Of a stretch of DNA of 64,000 nucleotides, positions 49,340 to 58,800 are shown in pieces. Numbering within the stretch: the stretch's first letter is position 1; every line of letters starts with the position of its first letter. This stretch comes from a virus. The stretch covers positions 1 through 64,000 of IMG/VR virus record IMGVR_UViG_3300012352_000355; one strand, given 5' to 3'. Both the position numbers and the translations under genes were made by a program. Under the pieces are notes generated by a model. It did no database searches. It saw only the letters and a list, made by a program, of their open reading frames with translations, and was not told where the DNA came from.

Positions 49340-50404
49340 ATGAATCACAAGATCACACAAATCTTTGTACCTAACGCAGTATCTGCTGCTACTAGTACTT
49401 TTGCAATGGCTGAAAAGTCTGTTGCTGCTTTTAATGCAGACTTGACTTCCAACTTGGGAGCAACTCCTGCTGTTCCTGCATCTTTCCAATTGGTTTTCGG
49501 AACAGGTACCAACAACAAATATGGTACTTTCAAAACTGGTGTTATCAAGCAAAGCAACATTTTGTCTGTAACTAAGACAAATGCTGACTTGACTGTAACT
49601 CAGCAAGTTTCTTACATTGGTTGGGATGAAGCTTCTGCTGCTACTCCTGTTTTCAAATGTGACGAAGAGTATGTTGTTACTTTGAAAATTGACGAGTACT
49701 GGAGCAAAGGCATCTATCAACCAATGATCCAAGAGTCAGTAGTAGTTAAAACTGCTTGCTGCTCTGATTGTGGTGGTGACTGCGATGCTTTGTCTGCATC
49801 TACTTACATGACTGCTATCGTAACCAAGATCAACGCTTCTCCTTTGTTGAGCAAGTATGTAGTTGCTTCTTTGGTATCTAGCGGCTCTAACTACGGTGTT
49901 AAATTGGTAGGTAAGGCTTTGGATGAATTCGGAAACTCTTGTGTTCCTGATGCAGTTCCTTACGTATTCAACTTGGTACGTTTCAAGGCTCACGTACATG
50001 CTGGTCCTTACAACACTCAAGATTTCGATATCGAAGATTCTTGCGCTGCTTGGACTATCACTTACACTACTCCTGTTAAATACCCAGTAGGTGCTAAAGC
50101 AGCTATGGCTGAAATGGAGCGTAACTACTTCACTAACAACTTGCCTGCTGTTGCTGAAGCTCGCTACTACTGGAACCCTATCTACAACGAGGATGCTAAC
50201 AAGTTCATGTATGTTCCTACTTACACTGCCGCTACAGGTTTTGAAATGTATGAAATTACTTTCTTGGAAGATTCTCCTGTAGGTTTCGAGAAGAAGACTC
50301 AAAACACTCACTCAGTTATTTTGTTGAGTGAAGAAGGTGGAGCAAACGAAGCTGCCATCCGTGCTTTGATCAATGCTTTGACTGGTCAGTCTTTCGTAGA
50401 CTAA
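49340..50404 (+). CDS. abundant structural protein (auxiliary capsid-like)
   Basis: MCP-like codon bias, followed by terminator; Cys clusters. Confidence 0.65.
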   Translation: MNHKITQIFVPNAVSAATSTFAMAEKSVAAFNADLTSNLGATPAVPASFQLVFGTGTNNKYGTFKTGVIKQSNILSVTKTNADLTVTQQVSYIGWDEASAATPVFKCDEEYVVTLKIDEYWSKGIYQPMIQESVVVKTACCSDCGGDCDALSASTYMTAIVTKINASPLLSKYVVASLVSSGSNYGVKLVGKALDEFGNSCVPDAVPYVFNLVRFKAHVHAGPYNTQDFDIEDSCAAWTITYTTPVKYPVGAKAAMAEMERNYFTNNLPAVAEARYYWNPIYNEDANKFMYVPTYTAATGFEMYEITFLEDSPVGFEKKTQNTHSVILLSEEGGANEAAIRALINALTGQSFVD

Positions 50405-50416
50405 TCTAAAGAATAT

Positions 50417-50444
50417 GTGGGGGATTGAGTTCCCCCACTTTTTC
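50417..50444 (+). terminator. intrinsic terminator
   Basis: GTGGGGGA..TCCCCCAC-T6. Confidence 0.75.
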
Positions 50445-50466
50445 TAACCTATTAATTTAAATCGAA

Positions 50467-50763
50467 ATGAAAGATATCACTCTAAAACCTGGAACATTCA
50501 GTGAACCCTTGGAAAATGCTTCTGGCAAAGGTCCTGGGAAATCACTTGTAAAATTTATCCTGAAGGTTTTGTCTAGTAGCTCTACTTGCTGCGACAAAAC
50601 TTTTGCTTACGGAACAGTTAACAATTCTACCGTTACTCTTTTGTCTTACACCACTGCAGAATTGGCTGCATTGACTACTAAGCCAGAAGGTACCTTGGCA
50701 TACGATACTACTTTGAACAAAGTACACGTATACAATGGTTCTACTTGGGTAGCTCTCCACTAA
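50467..50763 (+). CDS. small head-fibre-like protein
   Basis: EGTLAYDTTLNKVHVYNGSTW fibre motif. Confidence 0.6.
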   Translation: MKDITLKPGTFSEPLENASGKGPGKSLVKFILKVLSSSSTCCDKTFAYGTVNNSTVTLLSYTTAELAALTTKPEGTLAYDTTLNKVHVYNGSTWVALH

Positions 50764-50809
50764 TCACTAAATAAAAGGGGGAGGTAATACTCCCCTCTTT
50801 TTAAAAACT

Positions 50810-51316
50810 ATGAACGTACAACTCAACTTAGAAGCACTTAAAGCAAAGGATTGTTCTTACTTGTCAATCCTTGATACATCAGTATATCCATTAGCTCCTG
50901 ATACAGCAGAGATCTCTATCTCAGTACCAGGGTATGATAATCCATTTACCTTTGATTACACTATCGGTGAGATCAATGTATTTAACTCTTACAACTTTGG
51001 ATTTACTACTTCGTCTACTACTGGCTTTACTGCTCTACCTGATGGCGTTTATACATTAACTATTACTACTTGTCCTGATACAGGAGTCAACACTCGTTAT
51101 CACTTGAGGACTTGTAAAATTGATTGTCGTCTAGGCGTACAGTGGGCTAAGTATGTAGACTGCTGTGAAGATGAGAAGACACTTTATTACTTAGACAAAA
51201 TTGAGTTTTTGTTGAAGGGAGCTGAGGCACATGCTGACCTTTGCAACCCTGCAAAAGCTACTGAATTATATAAGAAAGCCGATGACCTACTCAAACGAAT
51301 TGAGCTTGACTGTTAA
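50810..51316 (+). CDS. structural protein (tail hub-like)
   Basis: LPDGVYTL motif, Cys-rich helical C-terminus. Confidence 0.65.
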   Translation: MNVQLNLEALKAKDCSYLSILDTSVYPLAPDTAEISISVPGYDNPFTFDYTIGEINVFNSYNFGFTTSSTTGFTALPDGVYTLTITTCPDTGVNTRYHLRTCKIDCRLGVQWAKYVDCCEDEKTLYYLDKIEFLLKGAEAHADLCNPAKATELYKKADDLLKRIELDC

Positions 51317-51470
51317 GAAAAAACTTGCTAATGCTGCCTACAAAGAACTACAGCATATCAAGTACTTAACAAAACCCTATTACAAAAAGTCTAGAGCATT
51401 AGCACGCTTCCTTAAGTATGCTGATTGTCTAGATTGCGACACACAAGCAACCTTGAAAATTAAACTTTAA
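51282..51470 (+). CDS. small basic protein
   Basis: Start MTYSNEL at 51282. Confidence 0.55.
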   Translation: MTYSNELSLTVKKKLANAAYKELQHIKYLTKPYYKKSRALARFLKYADCLDCDTQATLKIKL

Positions 51471-51474
51471 AACA

Positions 51475-51999
51475 ATGACTAACTGCTGCCCCAATAACAA
51501 CTGCGTAGAAATCGTTCCTTCTGGGTGCGTAAAGTATACAGGTACTCCTACTACAGGAGGTCTGATTGATTCCTTTAATTCTTGTGACCCTTATCTGAAT
51601 GACTTGCTTAAGTTGTTGGATGATAATGTTACTACACTTGATGCACGAGTAGGTTTAGATAAAACTACTTTTGATGCAGCTAATACTGCTTGTGGTACTA
51701 CTCCAGTTATCTCAATGACAGGAGTAACAGTTAAGGATGATAAGTACTACTCTGCTGATGTAGTTATTAAGTTGGTAGGAGTTATTTGTGAATTGCGTTC
51801 TCGTCTCAACTACCTTACTACAGAAGACATTAACTCTAATCTAGGTAATCTCCACTGGGAAGACTTGCCTTTGAGTCCTTCTTTTAAAGCTTGGTTGACA
51901 GATAAATGTCTTGGAGATGATCCATGTGGTACAGGTGCTCCTACTACATTGGGTGGATTATTGAGAGCTATCATTACTAAACTTTGTACTTGCTGCTAA
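51475..51999 (+). CDS. Cys-rich structural protein
   Basis: CC termini, CVKYTG motif shared with the next gene. Confidence 0.7.
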   Translation: MTNCCPNNNCVEIVPSGCVKYTGTPTTGGLIDSFNSCDPYLNDLLKLLDDNVTTLDARVGLDKTTFDAANTACGTTPVISMTGVTVKDDKYYSADVVIKLVGVICELRSRLNYLTTEDINSNLGNLHWEDLPLSPSFKAWLTDKCLGDDPCGTGAPTTLGGLLRAIITKLCTCC

Positions 52000-52001
52000 T
52001 T

Positions 52002-53678
52002 ATGTCTACTTGTCTTGATTGTTTCGGAACATATACAAACACTCCCTGCGATTCAGTAGGGTGTTTGTCAACTAACTACGGTAAGTGTATCACTTACTCT
52101 GGTTTGCCCTTAGCCTGTGGAACAGGTGCTATTTCAACTGTTAGCAAAGCAGGTTTAGCTTTAAGTCCTACTGTAATAACTGAGTACACCGTTTCTCCTA
52201 CAGGAGGATCAGGTTCATCTGCCTCTGTAAAAGTTACACGTACTCCTGGTTCTAACGCTTACACAGTAACTCTTCTTAACGGAGGTTCAGGTTATACAGT
52301 AGGTAACTTCCTCACTGTATTGGGAACTTCTTTGGGTGGAGCGACTCCTGCAAATGATTTGACATTGCAAGTAACAACTCTTGCAGCTATTATCAATACT
52401 GGAGCTAACTTAGACGTTGTAGTATCAAATCTACACCAACGTATCTGTAACCTTACAGCATCAGGTTTAGATTACTCTGCATACTCATACAGTTGTTTGA
52501 GAGTAGGTGGAGCATTGACAGGTATTGGTACACCCATTACAAGTGCTCAACAATTTGTAGAATCTACTGCAAGTGCTTTGTGTTCTTTGAATACTCGTAC
52601 TCTTGCTTTAGAGACTCCTACCTTTACAGTTCCTGGTTGTATCTCTTTGACTTCTGGGGTATCTACTCTTAGTCAGATCTTGACTGCATACGGATCTAAA
52701 ATCTGTACTATCAATACAAGTGTTGATATGACTGGGATTTTGGGTAATCCTTGTATTGCTTTTGCATTCTCTACTAAGCCTACTTCTACTGTAGTTTCTG
52801 ATTACTTTAACTGGGTAACTAGTAACATGTGCTCAATGTACCAAGATCTTTCAAGTGACTTGGTTACTACAGGCGCAACTGTAGCTAGTTTGAAAACTTA
52901 CGTAGCAGGTGTAGGATCTATTCCTGCATCTATTAATACTTCTTGTATCCCTGGTGGTTCTAGCACAAGTACTTTGAGTGCAGCAGCTATCTTGTTTACT
53001 AGTCAGATCTGTGCTATCAACACGGCATTGGCTTCTATTCCAGCTACTAACTACGCTTTGACTTGGGCTACTAACTTTGGTTCTACTGCTTACTATGGTT
53101 ATACTTTTAACTATACTAACACAAGCACTACTCTTCAAACACAATTGGATCGTGTAGTAGCTACTTTGGGTAGAATGAAGCTTAAGTTGAATCCTGCTCA
53201 CTTTACTGCTACCAGTGATTCAGATGGTCTTAACATCTCTCTAGTTAGTACAGGTGGTGGCGCTACCCCAAGTTTTGTAAACTTGACAGCTGGCACTCTT
53301 ACTAACGCTGTAGTAGTCTCTTCTGCAAGATTCCCTATTGGTAGTTTGCCTAAACTTCAGAAGTATGGTAACGTTGTTACTATCATTGGAAGTTTGGCTG
53401 TAAATGCTACTGGTTCATTTACTTGGACTCACGGACAATCTTTAACTATTGCAAACATTCCTGCAGGTTATGCACCTCTCTATACTCAAGTGTTCGATGT
53501 ATTGATTCTTAAGTATGCTACAACTTCTGGTACTCCATCTACGGCTGTATACCATGGTGCATGCTATTTGAACGGTACTGATCTTGTTGTAGAGTTGAAT
53601 AACCCAGCAGCTTCAGTGACATTATCTGGTACAGAATCCCTCGAAATTTTTGTCGGAGGAAGATCGTACGCAGTTTAA
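52002..53678 (+). CDS. Cys-rich tail fibre/collar protein
   Basis: CITYSG, NGGSGYTVG motif, repeated coiled ICxL segments, KYGNVVTI C-domain. Confidence 0.75.
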   Translation: MSTCLDCFGTYTNTPCDSVGCLSTNYGKCITYSGLPLACGTGAISTVSKAGLALSPTVITEYTVSPTGGSGSSASVKVTRTPGSNAYTVTLLNGGSGYTVGNFLTVLGTSLGGATPANDLTLQVTTLAAIINTGANLDVVVSNLHQRICNLTASGLDYSAYSYSCLRVGGALTGIGTPITSAQQFVESTASALCSLNTRTLALETPTFTVPGCISLTSGVSTLSQILTAYGSKICTINTSVDMTGILGNPCIAFAFSTKPTSTVVSDYFNWVTSNMCSMYQDLSSDLVTTGATVASLKTYVAGVGSIPASINTSCIPGGSSTSTLSAAAILFTSQICAINTALASIPATNYALTWATNFGSTAYYGYTFNYTNTSTTLQTQLDRVVATLGRMKLKLNPAHFTATSDSDGLNISLVSTGGGATPSFVNLTAGTLTNAVVVSSARFPIGSLPKLQKYGNVVTIIGSLAVNATGSFTWTHGQSLTIANIPAGYAPLYTQVFDVLILKYATTSGTPSTAVYHGACYLNGTDLVVELNNPAASVTLSGTESLEIFVGGRSYAV

Positions 53679-53687
53679 TATAAACCT

Positions 53688-53757
53688 TGACAGGGTTTTT
53701 TTGGTTGGTTTTCCTGTCATCTTGCTAGTAGGAGCCTGCGAAAGTGGGCTCTTCTAG
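53688..53757 (+). ncRNA. double-hairpin element with TTGGTTGGTTTT loop
   Basis: TGACAGG-loop-CCTGTCA, then CTAG..GAGCCTGC-GAAA-GTGGGCTC..CTAG. Confidence 0.5.
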
Positions 53758-53771
53758 TTCTTAAATAACAC

Positions 53772-53802
53772 TTGACTTAACTTTAAAATTAAATTATATT
53801 TG
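53772..53802 (+). promoter_or_regulatory. Bacteroidota-type promoter
   Basis: TTGAC-N18-TATATTTG. Confidence 0.65.
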
Positions 53803-53838
53803 TATTAGACCTTAAATTGACCCAAACTATATTCTGAC

Positions 53839-54480
53839 ATGTACACGAATTCGGATTTAATTGCCAGAGTCAAAAGCGCTAACAAGTTTGTTAGTGATGA
53901 TGACATGATTAGTGATCGTTATATATACGGGTTACTTAAGACTAAAGCTTCTACATTATTGAGAAGAGAGATCAACCTAAGAAGGTTGCTTACTTCAGAT
54001 AATGTTTACCAAGCTTATGAATGCGTACACTTAATCGAAGCTCCTGGTTCAGAGTGTGATTTGAAATGCCCTATACGTAGAACTAAAAACAAACTACCTA
54101 AAATTGATGAGGGCTTGTATTCTTACTTTATCCAGGGTGTGTTCAACACTTCTAACTCGGAGGAACTTTTTCCTACTACTATTAGAGATTTTATTAATCA
54201 TAGTTCTTTACGTTTTAAGACCCCTAAAAAATACTATACTATCCGCAATGGATACCTTTATGTTTTAGACCCTGATGTAGAGTGTGTGAATATGTATGCT
54301 TACTTTACAGAGTCTATTGAAGACTTAGACGGTAGTCAGTGCATGAGCATGTACGATAAACAGTTTAAGTTTCCTGGATACTTAACTGATACATTAATCG
54401 AGATGTGCAATCAGTCGCTTATCAACTATCATAAGTTACCTTATGAGACAGAGGATAACAACAGAGACGAACCCAACTAA
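53839..54480 (+). CDS. tail ring protein
   Basis: SDD..SDR, RTKNKLPK, NGYLY, FPGYL motifs; synteny. Confidence 0.65.
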   Translation: MYTNSDLIARVKSANKFVSDDDMISDRYIYGLLKTKASTLLRREINLRRLLTSDNVYQAYECVHLIEAPGSECDLKCPIRRTKNKLPKIDEGLYSYFIQGVFNTSNSEELFPTTIRDFINHSSLRFKTPKKYYTIRNGYLYVLDPDVECVNMYAYFTESIEDLDGSQCMSMYDKQFKFPGYLTDTLIEMCNQSLINYHKLPYETEDNNRDEPN

Positions 54481-54482
54481 TT

Positions 54483-54986
54483 ATGTCGAAAGACTTTATA
54501 AAACCAAACAAACAAACCTACGTTAGACTTAAAGAAAGAGACACTAGTTCTGATACTAATTATCTCAGTCTTAAAGCCTATCATCTGTTCTTAAAAGAAA
54601 CTAAACGTAAAGACATTACCTATAAGCAGTTTTGTGGTGTTCCTAAAAAGATCCACTTAAAACTTGTGGAGAGGTTGTTACGAGGAAGATACTCTCTGAG
54701 GTTCCCAAACTTCGGATCAATTAAAATTGTAAAAACTGAAAATGCACTTAAAGAAGGTAAACATACAATTATTAATTGGAAATACTATAAAGAAACAGGT
54801 ATCAAAGTGCCTTATAGAAACTCACATACCGATGGTGCCATCTATAAGTTTCACTTGTATCCATATTCTAAACGAGTAGCACAATTTGGTTTCTATGACT
54901 TACGAATGTCTAACAGACATAAGAAAGCCTTAGCAGACGCAATTAATAATAACAAGATAAACATTTCACCACCTCCCCAATACTAA
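54483..54986 (+). CDS. IHF-like protein of the crAss structural block
   Basis: LRFPNFGSIKI, INWK..KETG..YRNSHTDG. Confidence 0.65.
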   Translation: MSKDFIKPNKQTYVRLKERDTSSDTNYLSLKAYHLFLKETKRKDITYKQFCGVPKKIHLKLVERLLRGRYSLRFPNFGSIKIVKTENALKEGKHTIINWKYYKETGIKVPYRNSHTDGAIYKFHLYPYSKRVAQFGFYDLRMSNRHKKALADAINNNKINISPPPQY

Positions 54987-54990
54987 AAAA

Positions 54991-55833
54991 ATGAAATACG
55001 ATAACACTAACTTTATTTCTTCTGAACCTCTAGTTGCTGAAGTTAAGCAGGAGCTTAAGTCGTACTTTGAAGCTGGTGCTATCAGTGAGGTTTTGATTCC
55101 CACCATTATAGATCAGGCACTCCGTAAACTTAGAGTTATGGTACTTAAGCCTGAAGAAGTTGTACTTACATTCTCTGGATATAAATCTGAATTACCTTGT
55201 GACTTTGCTTTACTTGATCATGCTTTGTTGTATGAAGCAGATGTAGAGTGGTATGCAGGAGTTAATTCTATGAGAGGGTACTGGTGGCAAAACCTCGAAT
55301 GCACAGGAGGTTGTGATGGAGGAGATTGCGTTAAGCAAGAAAACTACTACGAGACTATCAGCGTACCTACTCCTGGATTTAAACTTACAATGAAGCACCC
55401 TAAGATGCTTCGTGTTTACCATGGCTCTAAAGCCTTGTGTACAGAAGGGTGTGAGAACTTAAGTGTTTCCTCTCCTGATGTTTTACAAATTTTCCCGAAT
55501 AAAAGCATTACTGCTACGTTTGAAACAGGCTGTGTTTACCTTAGATATTACTCACGTCCAATGGACGATGATAACTTACCTATGGTGCCAGAAATTCTTG
55601 AGGTTGAAGAGTATGTCAAGTCTTATCTTAAGTTTAAATTTTTTGAGCAGCTTTGGCATTCAGTAGTTGATGAGAGTCAGCGTCAGGTAGAAGCTAAGTT
55701 TCAGTACTACAGACAAGATCAATTGAATAAACTACAAGCTGCTAATGGATTCTTGTTGACTTACACTAAGCAACAGATGGCAGATAACGTAGCTAGAACC
55801 AGAACTCGCTTTAATAAGTTCTACATCTCCTAA
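54991..55833 (+). CDS. tail tubular/ring protein
   Basis: ELPCDF, YYSRPMDDDNLPMVPE; precedes the muzzle gene. Confidence 0.7.
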   Translation: MKYDNTNFISSEPLVAEVKQELKSYFEAGAISEVLIPTIIDQALRKLRVMVLKPEEVVLTFSGYKSELPCDFALLDHALLYEADVEWYAGVNSMRGYWWQNLECTGGCDGGDCVKQENYYETISVPTPGFKLTMKHPKMLRVYHGSKALCTEGCENLSVSSPDVLQIFPNKSITATFETGCVYLRYYSRPMDDDNLPMVPEILEVEEYVKSYLKFKFFEQLWHSVVDESQRQVEAKFQYYRQDQLNKLQAANGFLLTYTKQQMADNVARTRTRFNKFYIS

Positions 55834-55838
55834 TTTTA

Positions 55839-58800
55839 ATGCAAAACAAAATCAATCAGAACACGGCAGGTTTAAACCTTGATTCGGTTAATTACCAGAT
55901 CAAGGAAAACATGATTACGTATGCCTTGAATGCAAACGTGCAGTCTCATGATGGTAACTCAACCACATATACTAACGAGCCTTCAAACCAAATCTGTTAT
56001 GATTTTAGTTTAACTTATCCTGGATTTAAAATACTTAATGTTTTAAGTATTACAGAACAGTCTAAGTTAGTTGTTTTCTTAGCTCACCCTGATGGCAGAT
56101 CTCTTATTGGAGAGTTAACTAATCTAAATAAAGATTGTACTACACTAACAGAAACAGAAACAGATTGTGGTTGTATCTCTGGAACAGTAGTAACTAACGT
56201 AGTGAATAGTGCAACAGGTTGCTGCACTTTTACCCCATTGATTGTAGATAACTGTTGTGATTGTACAGATTGCTACACATACTCTGCTCAATCAATAAAC
56301 AATACTCCTTACTCTATAACCTACGTAAACTGTAACGGAGTAGAAGTAACAGATACTTTTCCTTCAGGTATAGGAACATTCACTGCTAGAAAGAACAAAT
56401 ATATTCTTCCTTCAGATGTTGAGATACTTGATAGCAATCTAGAGTCTCAAGGACAGTGTGTTCCTAAAACTTCTGACTGCTGTCTAAAATTGTCTACGGA
56501 TTTTCCTGTGTACGCTGAGTACAGAATTGATAACTGTGAAACAAAGGTCTACTTTATTGCAAGAAATATACAACCTCGTTACTTCTCTTTAGAAGAACCT
56601 TTGGGTCGTGATCAATGTGGAGATGCCCTTGACTGTCTTACAGACGCTTGTGAGCGCTTAAAACTATTCCCTGACTTCTGTCAAGCAGATATCTATCCAA
56701 CAGCAATTGACTCAGGTGGAAGACTTAAGGGAGGTGTATACTCTTTCTCAGTGGCTTATGCAGATGAGAATGGAAAAGAACTTACAGATTACGTAGACTT
56801 CAGTAATCCTATTGCAATCTTTGAGAGAGCTATTACTGAACAAACAGAGTACGAAACCTCTAAGTCTATCAGAGTATCAATAGACCACAGTACTACAATC
56901 TTTGATTACTTTAATCTAGTTGTAGCAGAAAATATAAATGAAGTAACTACATACCAACTGGTAGGTACTTACAGAGTAAATCAATCTACCTATAGAGACT
57001 CTTTAGTTTATACTGGAGACTATTCTTCTACTTTCTCTTCTATTGTTCCTCTCATTCGCAGTCCTCACTACGAGACAGCAGAGATTATTGAGAAACAGAA
57101 TGACATCTTGATGTTAGCTGATTTGGTAGAGACTCCTAAGTATAACTTTCAATTACTTGCTAATAAGATTAAACTTCGCTGGGAAACTGTAAAGATGCCA
57201 GTTGATAATAAGTTTGATTACTCTAATCCAGAAATCGCTTACTTCTTTAGAACTTATCAGAGGGATGAAGTTTATCCTTTTGGTATTAAGTTTAAACTAA
57301 AGAACGGTAAGTATACAGATGTATTTCATATTCCAGGTAGAGAAGTATTTCCAAACTCAGATGAGAGATCACTTATCTATCATGATAGTAACCCAGATGC
57401 ATTTGGTACAGTTAACGATTGTATAGTTACAGACAGAGAAGAGAAATGGAAAGTATACAACACAGCTACAACTGGTATTACTCCTCCTAACAATACTCCT
57501 TCTTTACAAGAAGCTCAATACTCTTGTAAGATTACAGTAGAAACTGGTGGAGAATTTGCTTACTGGGAATCTACTGAAACTTATCCTTGTTATGAAGAAG
57601 TATGGGGAGCCTTAGCAGGTCAACCTATTCGTCACCACAAGTTTCCAGAAAATGCTAAGTCACATATCCACGCAGATGGGGATGACTTTATCTATCCTAT
57701 CGGAGTACGTCTCTGGAGTGAAAGTTTGTTTGCATCTATCCTAGATACAGAAACAGTTTACGATCCTTTGAATACTTACGGTAATCATCAGATACCTGTT
57801 AAAGAGTTGATCTGTGGTTATGAGTTAGTAAGAGGTAATCGTGTAAACAATAAGTCAGTAGTAGCTAAAGGACTTGTTTATGATGTAGGATCTTTCAAAG
57901 ATGTTAAGTCAGGTAAAGAATTCTACTACCCTAACTATCCTTACAACTCTTTGGAGGATGACGCTTACATCAAATCTACTCCAGACTGGTATAACAAAGC
58001 TGATAGAGGTATTGATGATCCTGACTATGGAATGGCTTTGCATAAGGGATTCAATGTTATTGGTTCTCGTTACACATTTCACTCACCTGATACACACTTC
58101 CAGTATCCTAAGATTGGTACAGAACTTAAACTAGAAACTGTAGAGTATGGTAAAGTACAGGGTAAGTTTATTCCTGTATTAGATCATCCACAGTATAAGT
58201 TTTTGACAACTGCAGACTATGCGGTTACTGCAGTATTAGCAGATGCTTTATCTTTAGCTTTTGAATCAGAACTTACAACTACTCCTACTCCAGGAGCTGC
58301 AACTAGGTGGAAAGCAGATGCCCTAGCTATACTTACAAATAACCAGATATTTATAGATCTACTTGAAAAGTTAATTCCTAACACAAACTTTGCTTATCAG
58401 TTTAATTCAGTAGGAGAATACAAAAGATTCCTTCCTATTACAACTATAGGCAATAGAAGAAGATTCTTAGATATTGGTCTATACGCTAATGACAAGATTG
58501 TAGAACTGAACGATGACAAACCTCTTCACAACAGACTAAGAGAAACTTCAGTTTATCTCAAGACTAGTGGATCATTCTCTACAGAGTATGCTAGTATTGT
58601 AGATAATAGTCGTTACACAATAGGACAAAAGAACCTTCAAGATAATCCAGAACAAATTGTTGAGAGTGACACAAGGGCATACTACGCTTCTATTAAAAGA
58701 AACTTCCCTAATCAGTATGGACAGATTGAAAATATTAAATACGTTTCTACTGGTTACTCCTGTTCTGTCTACACAGATATTACTGGTACTTTGCAAATTA

